Source: Iphione sp. A-MEVVRFRX5 (taxonomy: Eukaryota). Taken from it: a stretch of DNA of 64,000 nt. The notes below the pieces were generated by a model that had not been told where the DNA came from, did no database searches, and saw only the letters and a program-made list of their open reading frames with translations. The translations under genes were made by a program, and so were the position numbers. Below, in pieces: positions 1 through 13,450 of the stretch (position 1 is its first letter; each line of letters begins with the position of its first letter). Location: NCBI GenBank assembly GCA_976226885.1, contig OZ320314.1, forward strand, positions 82,274,001 to 82,338,000, written 5' to 3'.

Positions 1-930
1 AACTACACGTGGGGCATCAACGACAGGTCATGTATCCATTTTTCAAAAGGATTCTGAATACTGCATGACCTGCTGGCATCCTCCAACGGACACGGTAGCA
101 CCTAGTCTTAAAAGCTAAAGGGGATATTGCTTTATCTTCACTACACGGGGCCCAAAGGACAAGGTTTGGATTGTACCTGAGGATATAAATTCCAGGACGG
201 CTTGGACTCGTATCAATCAACGTTACGGCAGCAATGAGAACCTCTAGTCAAGACGTTCGAGGGACACTGTGCTCTCACAACAATACTGGCGCATTGCCAA
301 AGGGACACCGATGAGATTTTAAAGAAGGACCTGAGAATAGTATGATACTCATTTGCCTTGCGTCTCTAATGACGAACATTCAAAATATACCCATACATGT
401 TTTGATTTATAGAGCATTGCGATCCGTGTTTATCTGAAATGAAAGCTTCATTTCTTCATCTTATTTTTTTGCAAAGACAAGCAGCAGACTTTCATAGTGG
501 AGGTAGTCACAAATTCCATAACAACTAATAGGCCTTTCTCGGAAGGTCGTGGAGTCTCCTGTGCGTCGGTAGATCATGTCACGCCATACGGTCTTTTGGC
601 GTCAGCAGCGTGCTATGGGAAGAAGGTCCTGTCTACTAGAGGCGCCAGCAGCCGGAAGAAAATAAACAGTACATGATAATCAAAGCTCCTATGGATGCGA
701 ATCACGCAAGTACAGTCACCTGTATTCTTATATAGAAAGGTAGCGGGGAAGTCACGTCTTCTGCCGACAACTCTCTCCATCTCTGGTTGGCAATGGTTTA
801 GTAATAAGGAGCCACGACTTTTAGGTCTAGTAATGAGTTCATTATAAAGACAGGGGAATATTTCCATCTTCCTGTGGTTTGAGCAGGACACCGCCGGCCG
901 TGTAAAGGTGCATACGTCCAAAATTTTTCA
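1..930 (+). pseudogene. Possible decayed WD40-repeat pseudogene fragment
   Basis: Manual translation gives consecutive WD40-like segments: LHVGHQRQVM (3-32), GVSCASVDHVTPYGLLASAACYGKKVL (551-631), and MDANHASTVTCILI*KGSGEVTSSADNSLHLW (691-786, H..VT.I...VTSS.D.SLHLW pattern). Broken by stops and a frameshift; no obvious introns. Confidence 0.3.
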
Positions 931-1816
931 TTATCACGGCCTATCCTCCCCATGATGGCGGAAATGTCTTAATCAGATATACAAAAAAAAGTCGGACCTG
1001 TGACCGATAATTGAATTTTAGATGCATGCATATATGGAGGAACTGAACATGTTTTGATCTTGCACAGGAAGATAACACTTTGATCATCATATTCAACTAA
1101 AATGGTTCGTATATTTTTAAAAAAGCCTGAACGACAATGATCTCTTGAAGCGAATTATGTAATAATTGTGAATTACGCTTTAAAATTCCGCTCGAGATGT
1201 TATCTTGACTTCAGCAAAAGAGAAAGATCTGATGTTCCTTTGTGCTATGTCGGTTTTGTTTTACTTTTGTTGCGATTGTTGAAGTAGGAACTTCCGCCTC
1301 CTTTTTAAAATCTCTCTCGTGTTTTCCGATGATTCATCATCGTTTTACGGAGTCATCTTTATGCTTCGAAGCCACCGTTCTCGGAGTCTGCTTATTCATT
1401 TTGCCAGAGGAGATGTTACTTAACTCGTGGCACAAATTCTACCGCTAAAAACAACGAGAAGATAACAGGGTTACTAAAACATTCTGGCGAATTGACTCGC
1501 ATAGATCCACTACACCACACCGGTCGACACAACTGTCACCGTGCTCACAGCAACTGACACTGTTCAGCCGGCGGTTCCCACGTTTATACTTTGCTGTGAC
1601 CTGTTAGTTCCGCCACGTAACCTCATGCTGATGCGGTACAGATCAAGAGCGGGGTTCTTCTAGCTCGTTTAGTGTTCAGCTCGCCTCGAGCGACTAGAGT
1701 AGAGACCGGTGGGCCGTCGCCTCTCTGGGCCGGCCTATCAATGGAAGTTGGCAAGCAGGGCAATTACTCTATTAATTAGTGATAGTTAAGATGTACATTT
1801 TAGCTCAAGGCTGCTC

Positions 1817-2059
1817 GTGACGTTGCCTGAAATTGGAAGACAGTGTTTTTGCACAATCCTTCGCAGGCGAATGCCTAAGTATTTCCGCTCCATCTCTTTG
1901 GTAACAAACATTAATGATACTCTTATTATTAAGCCACTTCTTTTGGAGAGACATCCCACTAAGCCGACACGCTGTAGGCCAATGCACTTTCAGCAGTTAC
2001 TTGCATCACATCTAAGACGATATAAGCAAATGCTGTATTTCAGTATAAGTAATATTTAG
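1817..2059 (+). mobile_element. Possible LINE ORF2 C-terminal remnant
   Basis: ...LLLERHPTKPTRCRPMHFQQLLASHLRRYKQMLYFSI loosely resembles the C-terminal zinc-finger region of APE-type LINEs; followed by an (AT)n tract. Confidence 0.2.
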
Positions 2060-2073
2060 AAGAATGTAAACAC

Positions 2074-2091
2074 ATATATATATATATATAT
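2074..2091. repeat. (AT)n microsatellite
   Basis: Direct reading. Confidence 0.9.
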
Positions 2092-3379
2092 GTATCAATG
2101 TTTATCGTTTTAGTTGCTCGCACGCCAGCCGAAATTATTTCAATAAGAACTTTGACTAGTTTTTCTTTAGTTTGGCTATAGAGTAGAGGTGAGTCTGTCT
2201 GGATCCGTAAAACTAAGTATAGTGTTAGGCTACGGTGAGGTTACAGATCTTAAATAAACATAGTTCTAAGTGTATGCCCGCTTAATAACTCAATAACGTT
2301 GCCCTTGTGCGGAGCTGGCCATTCCATCTGCAGTTAACACCAGTACATGTATTTGGTCATTTTCATGACTGCAACTCGTATATAAAATTATGTACGTGTA
2401 TATCGAGCTGAACATCAGAAATGGGGACACCTGTTAAATCGGTTGTTTCTGTACCCATTTCTGTTGTGTGTCTATTTCCGATCCCTTAGAATTTAAGAGG
2501 AAATCACTGTATTCTGTCCGTGTATGTCCTCATACTTGATCTGTATTTTTTTCGTTTGACAGTAATGGTGCAAGAAAACAGTAGACCTTTCCAGCTATGT
2601 ATATACTTACCCAGGCTAGGTGCAGGTTCATTGAAATGGGCGTGAGAGGATCCCGTCTCATGGTATTAATCACGCATCCTGAGAAATTATTCCAGAATGT
2701 GGGAAAGATAGCATGCCTGCGTGTCAGTAATAAAAATAGGTTTCCACGGCATTGCACATACATTACATGTATATGTTGTAACATTTGTAGAATCGAATAA
2801 AATGAAGCTAAAGAGATTAGGGAATGTCTTGTTCTTTCACGAAGAGAGTTCCATCTTTGAGTAAGGTTGTAGTAAAAAAATCATCCCATTCAGGATTTTC
2901 CATTATTTATACAATACTACCCTAATGGCTCATGATAGCAATAACCTATTAGGTTTTATATAATCTAAGATGATTTCACAATGCATATCATGGTATTGCG
3001 CAAGCCGTTGTAGGCCGGAAATGGAGCGCTCACCCACCTCAGCCAGACAGAATGTTGAGAAATATGCTAATACAGAATGGGACAATTTTTCTATTTCATA
3101 AACGCTAATACATGATCGGAACTTGCAATCATCACAATATGTTTATCTAGAAATATTCTCAACCAAATATACATATTGAATATAAGTCTGGTTACCTGAT
3201 AACCCTGACTAGATATGTATCCTAACATTTGATCAATGTTAAGTTAAATGTTCTCTTGAAATGTTTCTAGTATTTCTAAACAAGTACATATTATTCCCGT
3301 GATAGAAGTCTGGCACGTTTCATGGAAGCGGTAGTTCTCTGGCGGACGTTTCTCGGTTTCTTAAGTGTTCTTTAAAGGC

Positions 3380-3950
3380 AACGTATTGATTCAGAGCATG
3401 CTATTTTTCTATTTGCCTCTACAACACGGAGGTTCAAAAGTACTTTTCCTTCCGTAGGATACAAAAATGCCATGCAGGCGTGTGCTGTTGATAGGCATCT
3501 TTGATGATGGCATATCACCCTGTTTGAAGGAGAACGGAGCCACCGCTTATTGCCATCTGGCATTACCATACCCTATGCATATGCTGACTATATGGAGGGT
3601 TCACTGCACTAATTAAGCCGTATCCTTGTTAGGGATGTAGCGTTCGTTGCAGCACAGTTTGAATGATTGCGTCAGATATGTTTCGTACGAAGCCCTGCTG
3701 GTCCCAGAGAACCGATACTGGTTCAATATATCCTCTCAGAAAATCGCTAGTCGTTCCCTCTTAAGTTATGATGAAACACGCAGATGGATCGTGATTAGGA
3801 AACAATATACTCCACCTTTTTCCCAGGGAATCAAGAAGATTGGATTTTTATGCTCACCGGGAATATGTAAATAGGGCTGGAGCGCTTGTTCGGAAGAACA
3901 TTTTAGGATAAAGGACAAAGGCCTAGGAGATAATAATGTTGGACGTATAA
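3380..3950 (-). mobile_element. Very decayed LINE reverse-transcriptase fragment
   Basis: Minus-strand pieces WEKGGVY, ILNQYRFSG and SGGSVLL occur in the order of the LINE RT motifs W..A.V.P, QYGFR and PQGSVL. Confidence 0.25.
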
Positions 3951-4083
3951 TTAACAATAGTTTTCTGGGTCGAAATGATAGGGAAAGTCTCAGTCCATGT
4001 TTAGAGAGCAGTTGGGCAACAAGGAAACGATTTTATTTACAATCACATATTTGCCGAGCGGTTTTAGTAAAGAATGCGTGCAT

Positions 4084-4135
4084 TTCTAACTACATGAAAT
4101 TTGGTCAACTTCTAACTACATAAAATTCAGTCAAT
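4084..4135. repeat. 26-bp tandem duplication
   Basis: TTCTAACTACATGAAATTTGGTCAAC followed by TTCTAACTACATAAAATTCAGTCAAT. Confidence 0.8.
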
Positions 4136-4289
4136 CTCCATTTCTTGCAAAAAAATCATTATTAACCTTAACATTCGAAAAAAAATCACCATCTTGAGAC
4201 GGTAAACAAGACAAAATAAAACGCGGGACTTTCCACTTTACCAAAGTCAATTATTGCCGACAGAAATCCGAAGCAGGCCCTTGTTTTAG

Positions 4290-5900
4290 ATTTCTAGCTT
4301 CACTCGACATAAAAAGGATGGAGGGCAGGTCGAAGGGGCGAGACAGCACTGTAGCAATTCGATTAGACCTGCAGTAATGGCATCATCTACAGGAATCTCC
4401 TCTAACTATCTCGCCGGATCCGACCCCAGCTGCACCAATATGTTTGCCGAGTAGACGGGCAATGAATTAAGTCGGGGCTACTTGACTACAAAACCCGCTT
4501 TAATCACACGAACACCTTGTCTAGTCTGGCCGCAATTTGTTCTGGTCTAGGGTCACCTATCACCGAATTCTCCGTAGCCCTTTCCTCTGAAATAGCCGTG
4601 GGATGAAAACCAGTCCAGATGACTGCACAAATATGTACTCCATACCGCTCCTAAAACATGAATCTAGCCGCGGACATCGAACGACCTATTGATGCTGTCC
4701 GACAAAGCTCGTTTTACATAAAGCACAGTCAGGCATTAAACATCGCAACAACTATACGAGCAGGGGATTCACGCCTGGCATTGGTGGCGGTGACCTTTGA
4801 TCAAACAGCCATTTAGGGTTGGCCATTCTACTTAGCAATTCTGCCGCATAATCGCACCCTTATGGCACACATTTCCATTACGATAATATTTTTCCTCGGG
4901 CGCCACTGTGGCAGAGGGTTATGGTTATTTGTTGGCAGCAAACTAGGTAGAAGGGTTGGTTAGGTGTGTTCTGTGGGGGGTGGCAAGCAGAGGAAGGGGA
5001 GGGTCTTGGGCGGTTGAGGGTCACCCATTGCGGGTCAATTTGTCACGGGTTGACCAGTTCACGCGTACAAGAGTCGGCCACGATACAGGCGCGCATGAGC
5101 AGTCGAGTGTAATGGCAGTGGTCTCTGGCTCTTGCTGGAGTCTCCAAGGGGGCTGCATGGTGAGGGAGGGGGTACTGGGAGGTCAGAAGACAAAAGGGAT
5201 GGTCCGACAGGTCACAGGGTGCAAAGCTTTGCCGGCCTGACCCCGAACATTGTTTCTATGGCAACTCATACCAGAGTCTTCGTAGGGGGGGGGGTGTCGG
5301 AGATCCTTGGCGAGATGTGCTTCACGTGGCATTTGTAATCAAGTTCCGTGTGCTAATATTGTCCTCGTGCTTCAATAATGCAGGGCGCGATAATGGATTA
5401 CCATGATTGATCTCGCTGCAGATGAAAAGCCGCGGTGAACTAGGACCTGAGCGGCGTAGTTGGCTCAGAGGAACCGGGGCGATTAATGAGAAGAAGCATT
5501 GACCATCTGATGTCGCCTGATGATAGTCAAGATTAGAGTATGGCGCCTGATGATGATGTCGGTGTGTTTTTCCTCACACAGGGCAATACTAATTACTCTG
5601 TTTCCCAAGCCTGGATACTGGCTCTCATAGTATCTCGATGCTAAAATGTCGAAAATAGACCCTAGATTGATAGAATCGGCATACCACGGGTCGCTCGGAT
5701 GCCAGCGGTGTGCCTCTGCTGAGTCACTGAGGCGGAGGTCAGACAGGGATCCTTCATCTATGAACAGGTGAGCAGTGAGCAGCAAGTTCTCGAGGAGGGA
5801 GTGTTTCATGAGCAAGTTGTTACCTGATCCCCACAAAACCTCCGTCTTGGCCGAGTGTAACATAGCTCCTGTTATCCATGACGAAAATACTCAACTAGAG
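4290..5900 (-). mobile_element. Decayed Ngaro/DIRS-like retrotransposon relic (ORF1 zinc-knuckle to RT start)
   Basis: Minus strand has the Cys/His remnant GCLIKGHRHQC and SRPFDLP (like GPF..PP). Positions ~4590-4630 show nucleotide similarity to ~44175-44215 in the clearer Ngaro-like element. Confidence 0.3.
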
Positions 5901-6329
5901 AGCGACGTCCGTCGGCTGATCGTCTTCCGGTGACCTGGTTGCACTGTATCATGTCATGAGCTTTTCAGACCTCCCAGGGTCTAATACTTTCAGCTTTCCA
6001 CCAGGTAATACTATAGTAAAGAGAGACCTAGAGGAACCACTCACAGATACTGTAAAATATTTTCCATATAAATATGTTGATATTTTGACACTGAATATAA
6101 ATGTTAAATTATTTTACTGATACTGTAAGGCATCAAAACTATTACTATTTCCGTTAAGCTGTTTAACAGGGGAGAAGCCTGTAAATATGTTAATCTATTT
6201 ATTTCCTTTAATAGATATATAACTGTCGAGTTTTTAATTGAATTTAATTTTCAATTAAAATATGTTCATTCACTTCACAGAGTTACAATGCAATGATTTC
6301 TTTCAATGAAGGGAAAAATATGCAGATAC

Positions 6330-8000
6330 TTAATTGTAGACATTAGCAAGTGCAGTATCCAGTTGTACAATGTGAGGCAGACACTAAGGCTTACACTTTA
6401 GATTATGTTCGAGTTGGACAAGTATGCCTACAATATGCTAACGTCGGGAAGACGTATTATGTTTCTAGGTGGATTATTCCATGTTGCTTGTCCAAAATAC
6501 CAGAAACTGGTGGCATAGAGGCTGGTTTTCAGCTTATTCTGGACGAGCACAGCATTAATGTTTAATCTTGTCGTGCATTTCATTGGATTATATGGACATA
6601 ATTATCTCCATCAGATGCAGCCTGTTATACGTAGACTTGTTTCAGTTTCATGTATACCCATTAGTACTATCTATAGCCTGTTATTGTACAGCTTATACCC
6701 ATGGAATGAATATTCCACCACCTTTTTTGGCACCTGTGCTAAGGAGAGGTCTACATTAAAGGCCTTTGAATTTCACAATAGCATAGACAGGTATTTTGTT
6801 ATATTGGCATTTATCAACAGACTATTTTCCTCACACCTGACCATCATATCCTTAACATCCCCCCCTCTATGCAAGATGTTTTCTTCAGGACAAGAGGATC
6901 AAGTTCCCTCCAATAATCCCTTGAAGTAGAATAGTTTTTCCAACGTAAAGCAATTTACTCAGCCTTAGCCTTTCTTACCAGATTTTGTACTAGTTTCTTA
7001 TAGAATTTACCAGCACACAGGTAATCAGTAATTCCTGTCATCCTCAACTCACTGAAAAACGTCTGTATTAAGAATGGCATCCCTTATCTCACTCGTCGTC
7101 AAGCAATTTACCTTATTCGAAACTCCGGTCCTGATAGGACAGATTTTTTTTCTGTCGCCTCAGGTATCCCAGTCTCTAGGGTCTCTCAAGTACCTTTTAA
7201 ATTGTCTTGATTCATAGTGAAAGCGTTTTTAGTGCCCCATAATTCATCAGCCAATATCGCAGGGATCTAGTCTTCTATGATATTTTTTCATGTGATTCCC
7301 TGAATTTCTTATTCCTGAAGAAAACAGATAAACACTCGCTCACCAGGTAGCATACTGTGCCTGCATCAGCAACATGCTTCATGTTAGTAAATATGAGGTC
7401 AATAAGGCTTTACTAGTCTTATGAATGACCGTCGATACATTTATCAGTATCTTATACGTCCTGAGGGCATAGTTTAAGTTAGGTTTTGGCTTGTCATTCA
7501 GGTTCCAACTAATATTGAAGTGTCACCCTATTACTATGTAACAACCAGTCTCCATATTATTGAGGTGAGTAGACAAATAATCACAAACATAATCAATTTT
7601 GGAAGGCAGATGAGTGTAAAGATTACACAAAATTACTGGCTCACGATAGGACATTACTAGCTTCAACCATAGGCATTCTAAATCATCATTCACCATATTA
7701 TAATCATTTAACTCCTGAACATGTACGGAATTACATACATAAATGAGTAGACCTTCTCCACCTTTCTTCTACAAACTAATGCGATCCCGATGAAAAATAT
7801 TGTAATAAGGATGATACATGGTTCCGATAAGGGGAGTCAACTACGATGCACTTGATGCTGCATATCAGTGGTTTCCTTACATTCAAAAGAGCAAATAAAT
7901 CATCTCGTTTCACAACAATACTATAAAAATTCAGAAAAAGAGAACTCCCTTCCCTTCATCATTGAGAAACAAACAATAGTGTTAGTAGATGAGTAAGAGA
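6330..8000 (-). mobile_element. CR1/L2/Crack-clade LINE ORF2 relic (APE endonuclease, linker, RT 3' fragment)
   Basis: Across frameshifts: RRKGGEGLLIYVCNSVHVQELNDYNMVNDDLECLWLKL..ILCNLY, a GDFNI-like motif, LIDLIFTNMKHVADAGTVCYLVS (SDH region), LVRKAKAE, and later VFPTLAYC. The RT core is deleted. Confidence 0.8.
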
Positions 8001-8789
8001 GAAAACACCACTATTCGGCCCATTTAATGAATAGCCGTACAGAGATGAGTACTTGTACGTGTATTTCACACTTGGTAGACTGATATCGAATGCACATAGA
8101 GTATCACTGTCAATGGGCATCACATATTTCATTAGATTCTGGTAGACGATCTGTTATATGAGGGATTGTCAGTTCAACGATATCCACCTATATTGGAAGA
8201 GTTAGTCCATGGCATTTGACAGTGACCAGCATATATTTACTCATGATAAGGTAGGAAAATCTGTGTCCTTTTAAACCATAAGTTATACATTTTCCAATAC
8301 TGAGCAGTAAATGTTCTAGCCTGGCCACGTGCTCTCAGCGATTCTCCTTTTCCTCATGCTACACCCTGCACTGAAGTATATGTCACGGCTACCTTCGATG
8401 TATTTAGAACCTGTTTCAAAAAAGGCCTAGCGAAAGTTAGCCAGTTGGATCGCTTTGAACGTGATTATATCCTGAAATGCTTGCTTTCTTCCTTTCTGCC
8501 ACCTGTCACTCAGGACATCTGCTGATACTTTGATCCTCACGTTCATTGTGTTGGGTAATGTATTATCTCCGATGTCATGTCTGAGTGGTTATGACTGTAA
8601 GCCCTGGTTACTTGGTCTGCTTCTTCCATTTCTGGCCTTGGTATTCAAACGCATCTTCAATGAAGGATGACAGTGAGTGTACCTGTCCAAGCAAATCTTG
8701 AACGAACAGAAAAGGAAACGAGAGAGGACATAGAGAAGAGACAAGAAAGTCTGCTTATGCAGACATTGACTATGGATCATATAGTTCTT

Positions 8790-11420
8790 CTACACCAGAG
8801 GCCCAGCTAGAACCAGCGCAATTTCAACGTCTGGGTGTGCGGGGGGCCCTCCAAGACGAGGAGGGTGCAGATTTGGAGGACAGAAACGCCCTTACACGGA
8901 CCCGGCACAAGAGAACGCCAACAAAAATAACAACCATAGATGCAAGCTGTTAAGAACTGAGCACACTCCAAGCCCTAAGGAAAGTATAGTGAGTAACAAT
9001 TATCTCCCCCTAAAAACAGATTTGGACAACTAGAGGTACATAAAACTGACTGTCAGTGAAAACCCAGATATAATCACAAAAGACACACATTTGAGTCCCA
9101 AAAGTGCAATGCCCTCAAAAGTAACTGATGCCTCCGTATCAACAACCCTGCAGTACTCTGATTCAATGTGCAAGCAGATTCAACCACACTGATATACGTC
9201 ATTATTTCAGAGTATTTGAGTCTGGGATCGAGAAGGGAAGACCCAGCTGGAGGCAACAAAGGAAGAAGAGCCCGTGACCAGACATCGAAGACAGCAGAAA
9301 CAAGCTAGATTGATTAAGGAGCCCTCGAACACAATAGATCCCCTAAAGGAACAAGATCACAATGAAACTGAAAATAAAAGATGCAAAATAAAGACCTTGA
9401 GTTGTGCCTTAATAGATTAAAATGATGCAGACTGCGTCTTCAGCAAAACGAATATCAAGCTAAGCTGTGATAACTCAGTTTGTAAACCCTATTTACTAGA
9501 GAAAATATGAGAAATGAACGGGGAAAATAAAACGAAAATAATCAACCTGTCTGATCACAAATTGACGGAGTATGAACAAAGCATACTAGAACAAGGTTTA
9601 ACTTTTTGTCCTTCACCAGGGGAGGTAGACCTAGGAGAAAAAAAGAAAGACTTAGACAGATTCCACAACAACCTAACATTCCAATCATTCTTTAGAGATA
9701 AACCTGAAACAACTAAGCCAGTAGGCTATGACGCAACTAAAAGAATAGGCAAAAATCCAAACAATGTAAAACGGGGTTCCCATGGACCCCCAATGTTAGA
9801 TACCATGATAAATGTCAATGACTGTCAAATAAATTCGAAAGCATAAATAAAGAAAGCAGACAAGGGAGGAACGATAGTTATGATGAGACAGGAAGACTAC
9901 AAGAAGAAGGGACTACGTCAATAAAAGAATATGAGATACTATGCCCCTTGTCGCCCTAACACCATGAAAATATTTGACACAAATAAAGATACATTAGAAC
10001 AATTTGTGTATGAAAAAAAGATATCGCCCAAAATGTGAAACATATTAATCAACAACAACCCAAGAACACTGGAATTATACCTACTACCGAAGATACATAA
10101 GAAGACAACTCCACCACCAACGGCTGCTGCACAGAAAAAAATATCTGCCTACATTGCCAAATACTACAGCCGATGAGGAAGAACTACAAGAACAACATAG
10201 AGAGTGACCTATATGTAAAGCCAACTGATCCCAATGTCTTACTGCACTAGCACACAGCACACCCACTGAAAATGAAGAAAAATATACCCTATAGCCAATT
10301 CCTTAGAACTAGGAGGATATGCAGCAAAGACTGCGACCTCACTAAGAGAAGCATCAAGAAAGCAAGAGAAATAGTAGAGAGAGGATACCCCCTAATTTGG
10401 TCGCCAGAGCAATCTACGAGAGCTCAAAACACAATAGAACAAACCTCCTGAGGAACGAAACAAAAGAGAATCCAGAAGATAAAGAGAAAACAGTATTCAT
10501 CACCACATACCACCCAGAGAGCTTAAAAACGGAAAAATGGTGATGGATAAAAGGAAATACTTACACAGATCACAAACTACAAAACACATCACAGACACAC
10601 ATGGTAGCATACAAAAGACCAAAGAATCTGAAGGACATATTAACGAGAGCAAGATTCAGAGAATATGGCACCATCAGCCAAAAGCAAAAAGACAACACAT
10701 GTATGCACAAGAAATGTAGATACTCTCCCCTGTTGAATAGGACTGGGAAAATATGAAACAAAGAAACAGGAAGACAGTCCGAAAAAGGTAACATGAACAG
10801 CAGTAACATCATATAAGCCAAAAACAGACTAAAACCAAAAACAGACTAAAAGACAGGTTCAAGTCCCACCTGTATGATATCCTACACAAAAAAATCATCA
10901 CCGAACACTTCAACAAAAGCGGACATGAGTACAAAGAAAACATGGAAATAAGTTTCCTGGAATTCACCTACCACTCCTCGAAAGATGATTGATGAAGAAT
11001 CATAAGGAACAGACTAGAGTTGAAATGGCTATACAAACTGCAGACCATATCACTACATGGTCTGAATATAATGGACGGTGGATATACAGAACCCCTAGCC
11101 TCGTCATAAAAAAATCACCCCCAGTGACACATTGGATGGATGACTAAAATGCAACAAACAACATACATGTCACAATAAAAAGGGAAATGTATCATCCACC
11201 TTAACTCTAAGGCCTGATGAGACTACCCAGTCAAAACCGAAGGAACCTGTGATCAAAATTGTAGCCACTCCCCTCAAAAACCTAGCAAGGAAAAAATCTG
11301 CACAGTGAGACCTAACCAATAACCATGGGCAACCTAACACAAACACTTATTTAAGGGAGGACAAAGCTGGCTTGAAGACACACACTCGGTAGCCACTGAA
11401 CTAAGAAGACTAACTACGTC
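8790..11420 (+). mobile_element. Penelope-like element (RT plus GIY-YIG endonuclease), internally deleted and non-functional
   Basis: ORF 9514-9846 has INLSDHKLTEYEQSILEQGLTFCP. Then IKKADKGGTIVMMRQEDY (~9847), ELYLLPKIHKK (~10070), YSQFLRTRRICS (~10290), RGYP, SSNIIY, TKNRLKDRFKSHLYDI, EHFNKSGH and RNRLELKWLYKLQTISLHGLNIMD (~11075). The RT core and the GIY-YIG YIG segment are deleted. Confidence 0.9.
11211..11245 (+). ncRNA. Degenerate hammerhead-ribozyme-like motif in the PLE 3' region
   Basis: CTGATGA (11214-11220), stem II GACT-accc-AGTC, then AAAA instead of GAAA. Lies ~140 nt after the PLE ORF end, where PLE hammerheads are typically found. Confidence 0.3.
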
Positions 11421-11884
11421 TTGAACATTACCTGCCCAAAGAATGTGTCTTTATTAGACTGAGCTACTCTGACCTGCCGACAGGTAGTTGTGATCATAAT
11501 TAATCCCGTCAGTTCTGAGGGATAGACCTCTGACCCCTGCTTGATGACCTTGCCTGCGAACATGGGCCGCGACAGAATGCAATAGCCTGTATGTTGACCT
11601 GGCCAGGTGAGGTATGCCTTCGTGTATCATTAGCTGCTCATAGCCCTACACCGTGTTCAGGGTACTACAGTTACTTTAAACTGGATCTTGGGCACTAATG
11701 GATGATCGACGACGGTTTAAGAACCGGGTAATACGCCCGTATTTTTGGCATCATAATGTGAATAAACCAATTAGATGGCTTGAAATTGCCACATTTTCGT
11801 GACATGTAAAAGTTACGTCGGCAGTACCTGTTACTTCAACCGCTGACGATCGGTCCATTGTAGTAAAGGAGACTAAAAAAGGTC

Positions 11885-12300
11885 TTGGCCTTTTCCTATT
11901 ATTTTATCATCTTCCCAGCCTACAGACACCGTATATGTCGTCCTCACTTAGGTCATCAAGGCTTTAATACAGCTTTGTTGCAGTCTCACAGGAAGCTTTC
12001 GTCGTCTACCTCAGTGAGACCCTCGATTATCAAATTTCATCTCCTGCTCTTCAATTCGGTATTCAAAATTGATTTTTCCGGTATCTTGTCATTTGCTTCA
12101 ACATTTTATGCAGTAGATTCCACTTGGAACAACCTGATCTGATCACGGAGCATATCATCCGTTATTTTCTTCAGATCTGCGCTGGAGTCAGGTGTAATTT
12201 TTGCCATCTTTTCTGTCAGATTTGCTATCTGTTCCCTTAGTTGCACGAGCCTCATTGATATGAATGCGCTTATACATCTAAGATAAACAGTCATAAACTT
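11885..12300 (-). mobile_element. LINE ORF1 remnant (coiled coil plus L1-transposase-like RRM)
   Basis: LVQLREQIANLTEKMAKI... followed by ELKSRR*NLIIEGLTEVDDE, matching the E.RSRRNNL.I.GL.E motif. Confidence 0.5.
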
Positions 12301-13149
12301 TAATGAGGTTTTAAGGCTGCCATCCTGTAAAGAATATGTCTGTGCTGCAAGTAGTCTTTCCAAATGCAAGTGTCTTTTCATATGTTGCGATAGAATGTGG
12401 GAACTCACATTCTACAAGAAACGATATCTTCAAAGACATGAACTTATAATTAGGGGCTGTTTCCACAGGACTGGGAGGAACATACAGTGGTGAGGGGAGG
12501 TCAGCACCTACATAGTTTCCTGTGTCTGTTTCAAGGTATAGGGCCATATGGCCACCAGGAATCGCTGTAGCAGTCACATTTCCGGGGCGTTCTCTCAAAA
12601 GCAAGTACACTGTAATTCTAACGCGCCACGATGAAGGCAGCAACGAACGATGGCCATGGAGGAAGCTCGGCCCACGAAGACAGCCTTGCCTGTTAAGTAG
12701 TGAGAGGAGAGCCCTACGTCGTCACGCATCTGTCCGACAAAGTCTCAGTCTCAAGACAGGCAGTCGTTACTGTCTGTGGCTCATTTTTTGCGGTCATTGC
12801 AGTCCTGTTGAGTACATTTACAAGGACCATACTCGAATTTATTAATATATATGGACATGCACAATGCGTCTGAGAGGCACGTTATCAGTTAGATCAGTTC
12901 AGGGCACTGATAACATTTTCACTTTAGCAGGAATTCTGAAGCACTATATTATTAATCCACATAGAAACTGTGGTTCAGCATAATGTACAGCTGCATTGTA
13001 GGGAATCTATATTATCTTCAGCTGTATTTCTCGGCATTCTACTAAAATACAGTGGAACTTCATCTCATTGACAGACAAAAAAGAGGACATGACAAGCTAA
13101 AGGACACATTTTACAAAGAACTAATTTAGATTTTACATAATAGTATATC

Positions 13150-13450
13150 GCAGTGCGGACATGACTGCCCATGACTGGACACTTTTGTTACCCTTCCTGC
13201 CTCTATCCATAATGAGGCATTTGACTGTACGTACTCGAAATATGGCCAAATATATCACACAAAATTGGGTTCCAGACTGTTTATTCCACCAGTCAGAATA
13301 CAAGCTTCGAATCAGGGTGTACTAGCTAGTGGTACAGCAGCAATTCACCCTGCAGGCAACTCAATTAGAAGGGCAACCAAGAAATAGCTAGGTCTGGGGC
13401 CCATATCTGCATCAGTCTGTGTTTTTATGCGTGTGCATTGTGTTACAATT
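13150..13450 (+). mobile_element. Decayed LINE RT core fragment
   Basis: EAFDCTY (KAFD motif) followed by GQPRNS*VWGP (GVPQGSVLGP motif). Confidence 0.35.

Noticed and set aside
4876-4885. TGGCGCCCGA on the minus strand resembling a tRNA-Lys primer-binding site
   Set aside because: Only 10 nt match, with no adjacent LTR (TG...CA); chance is likely.
8300-8790. Inverted 5' segment of the Penelope-like element
   Set aside because: Minus-strand peptides only vaguely recall PLE N-termini, and no nucleotide match to the 3' terminal region was found.
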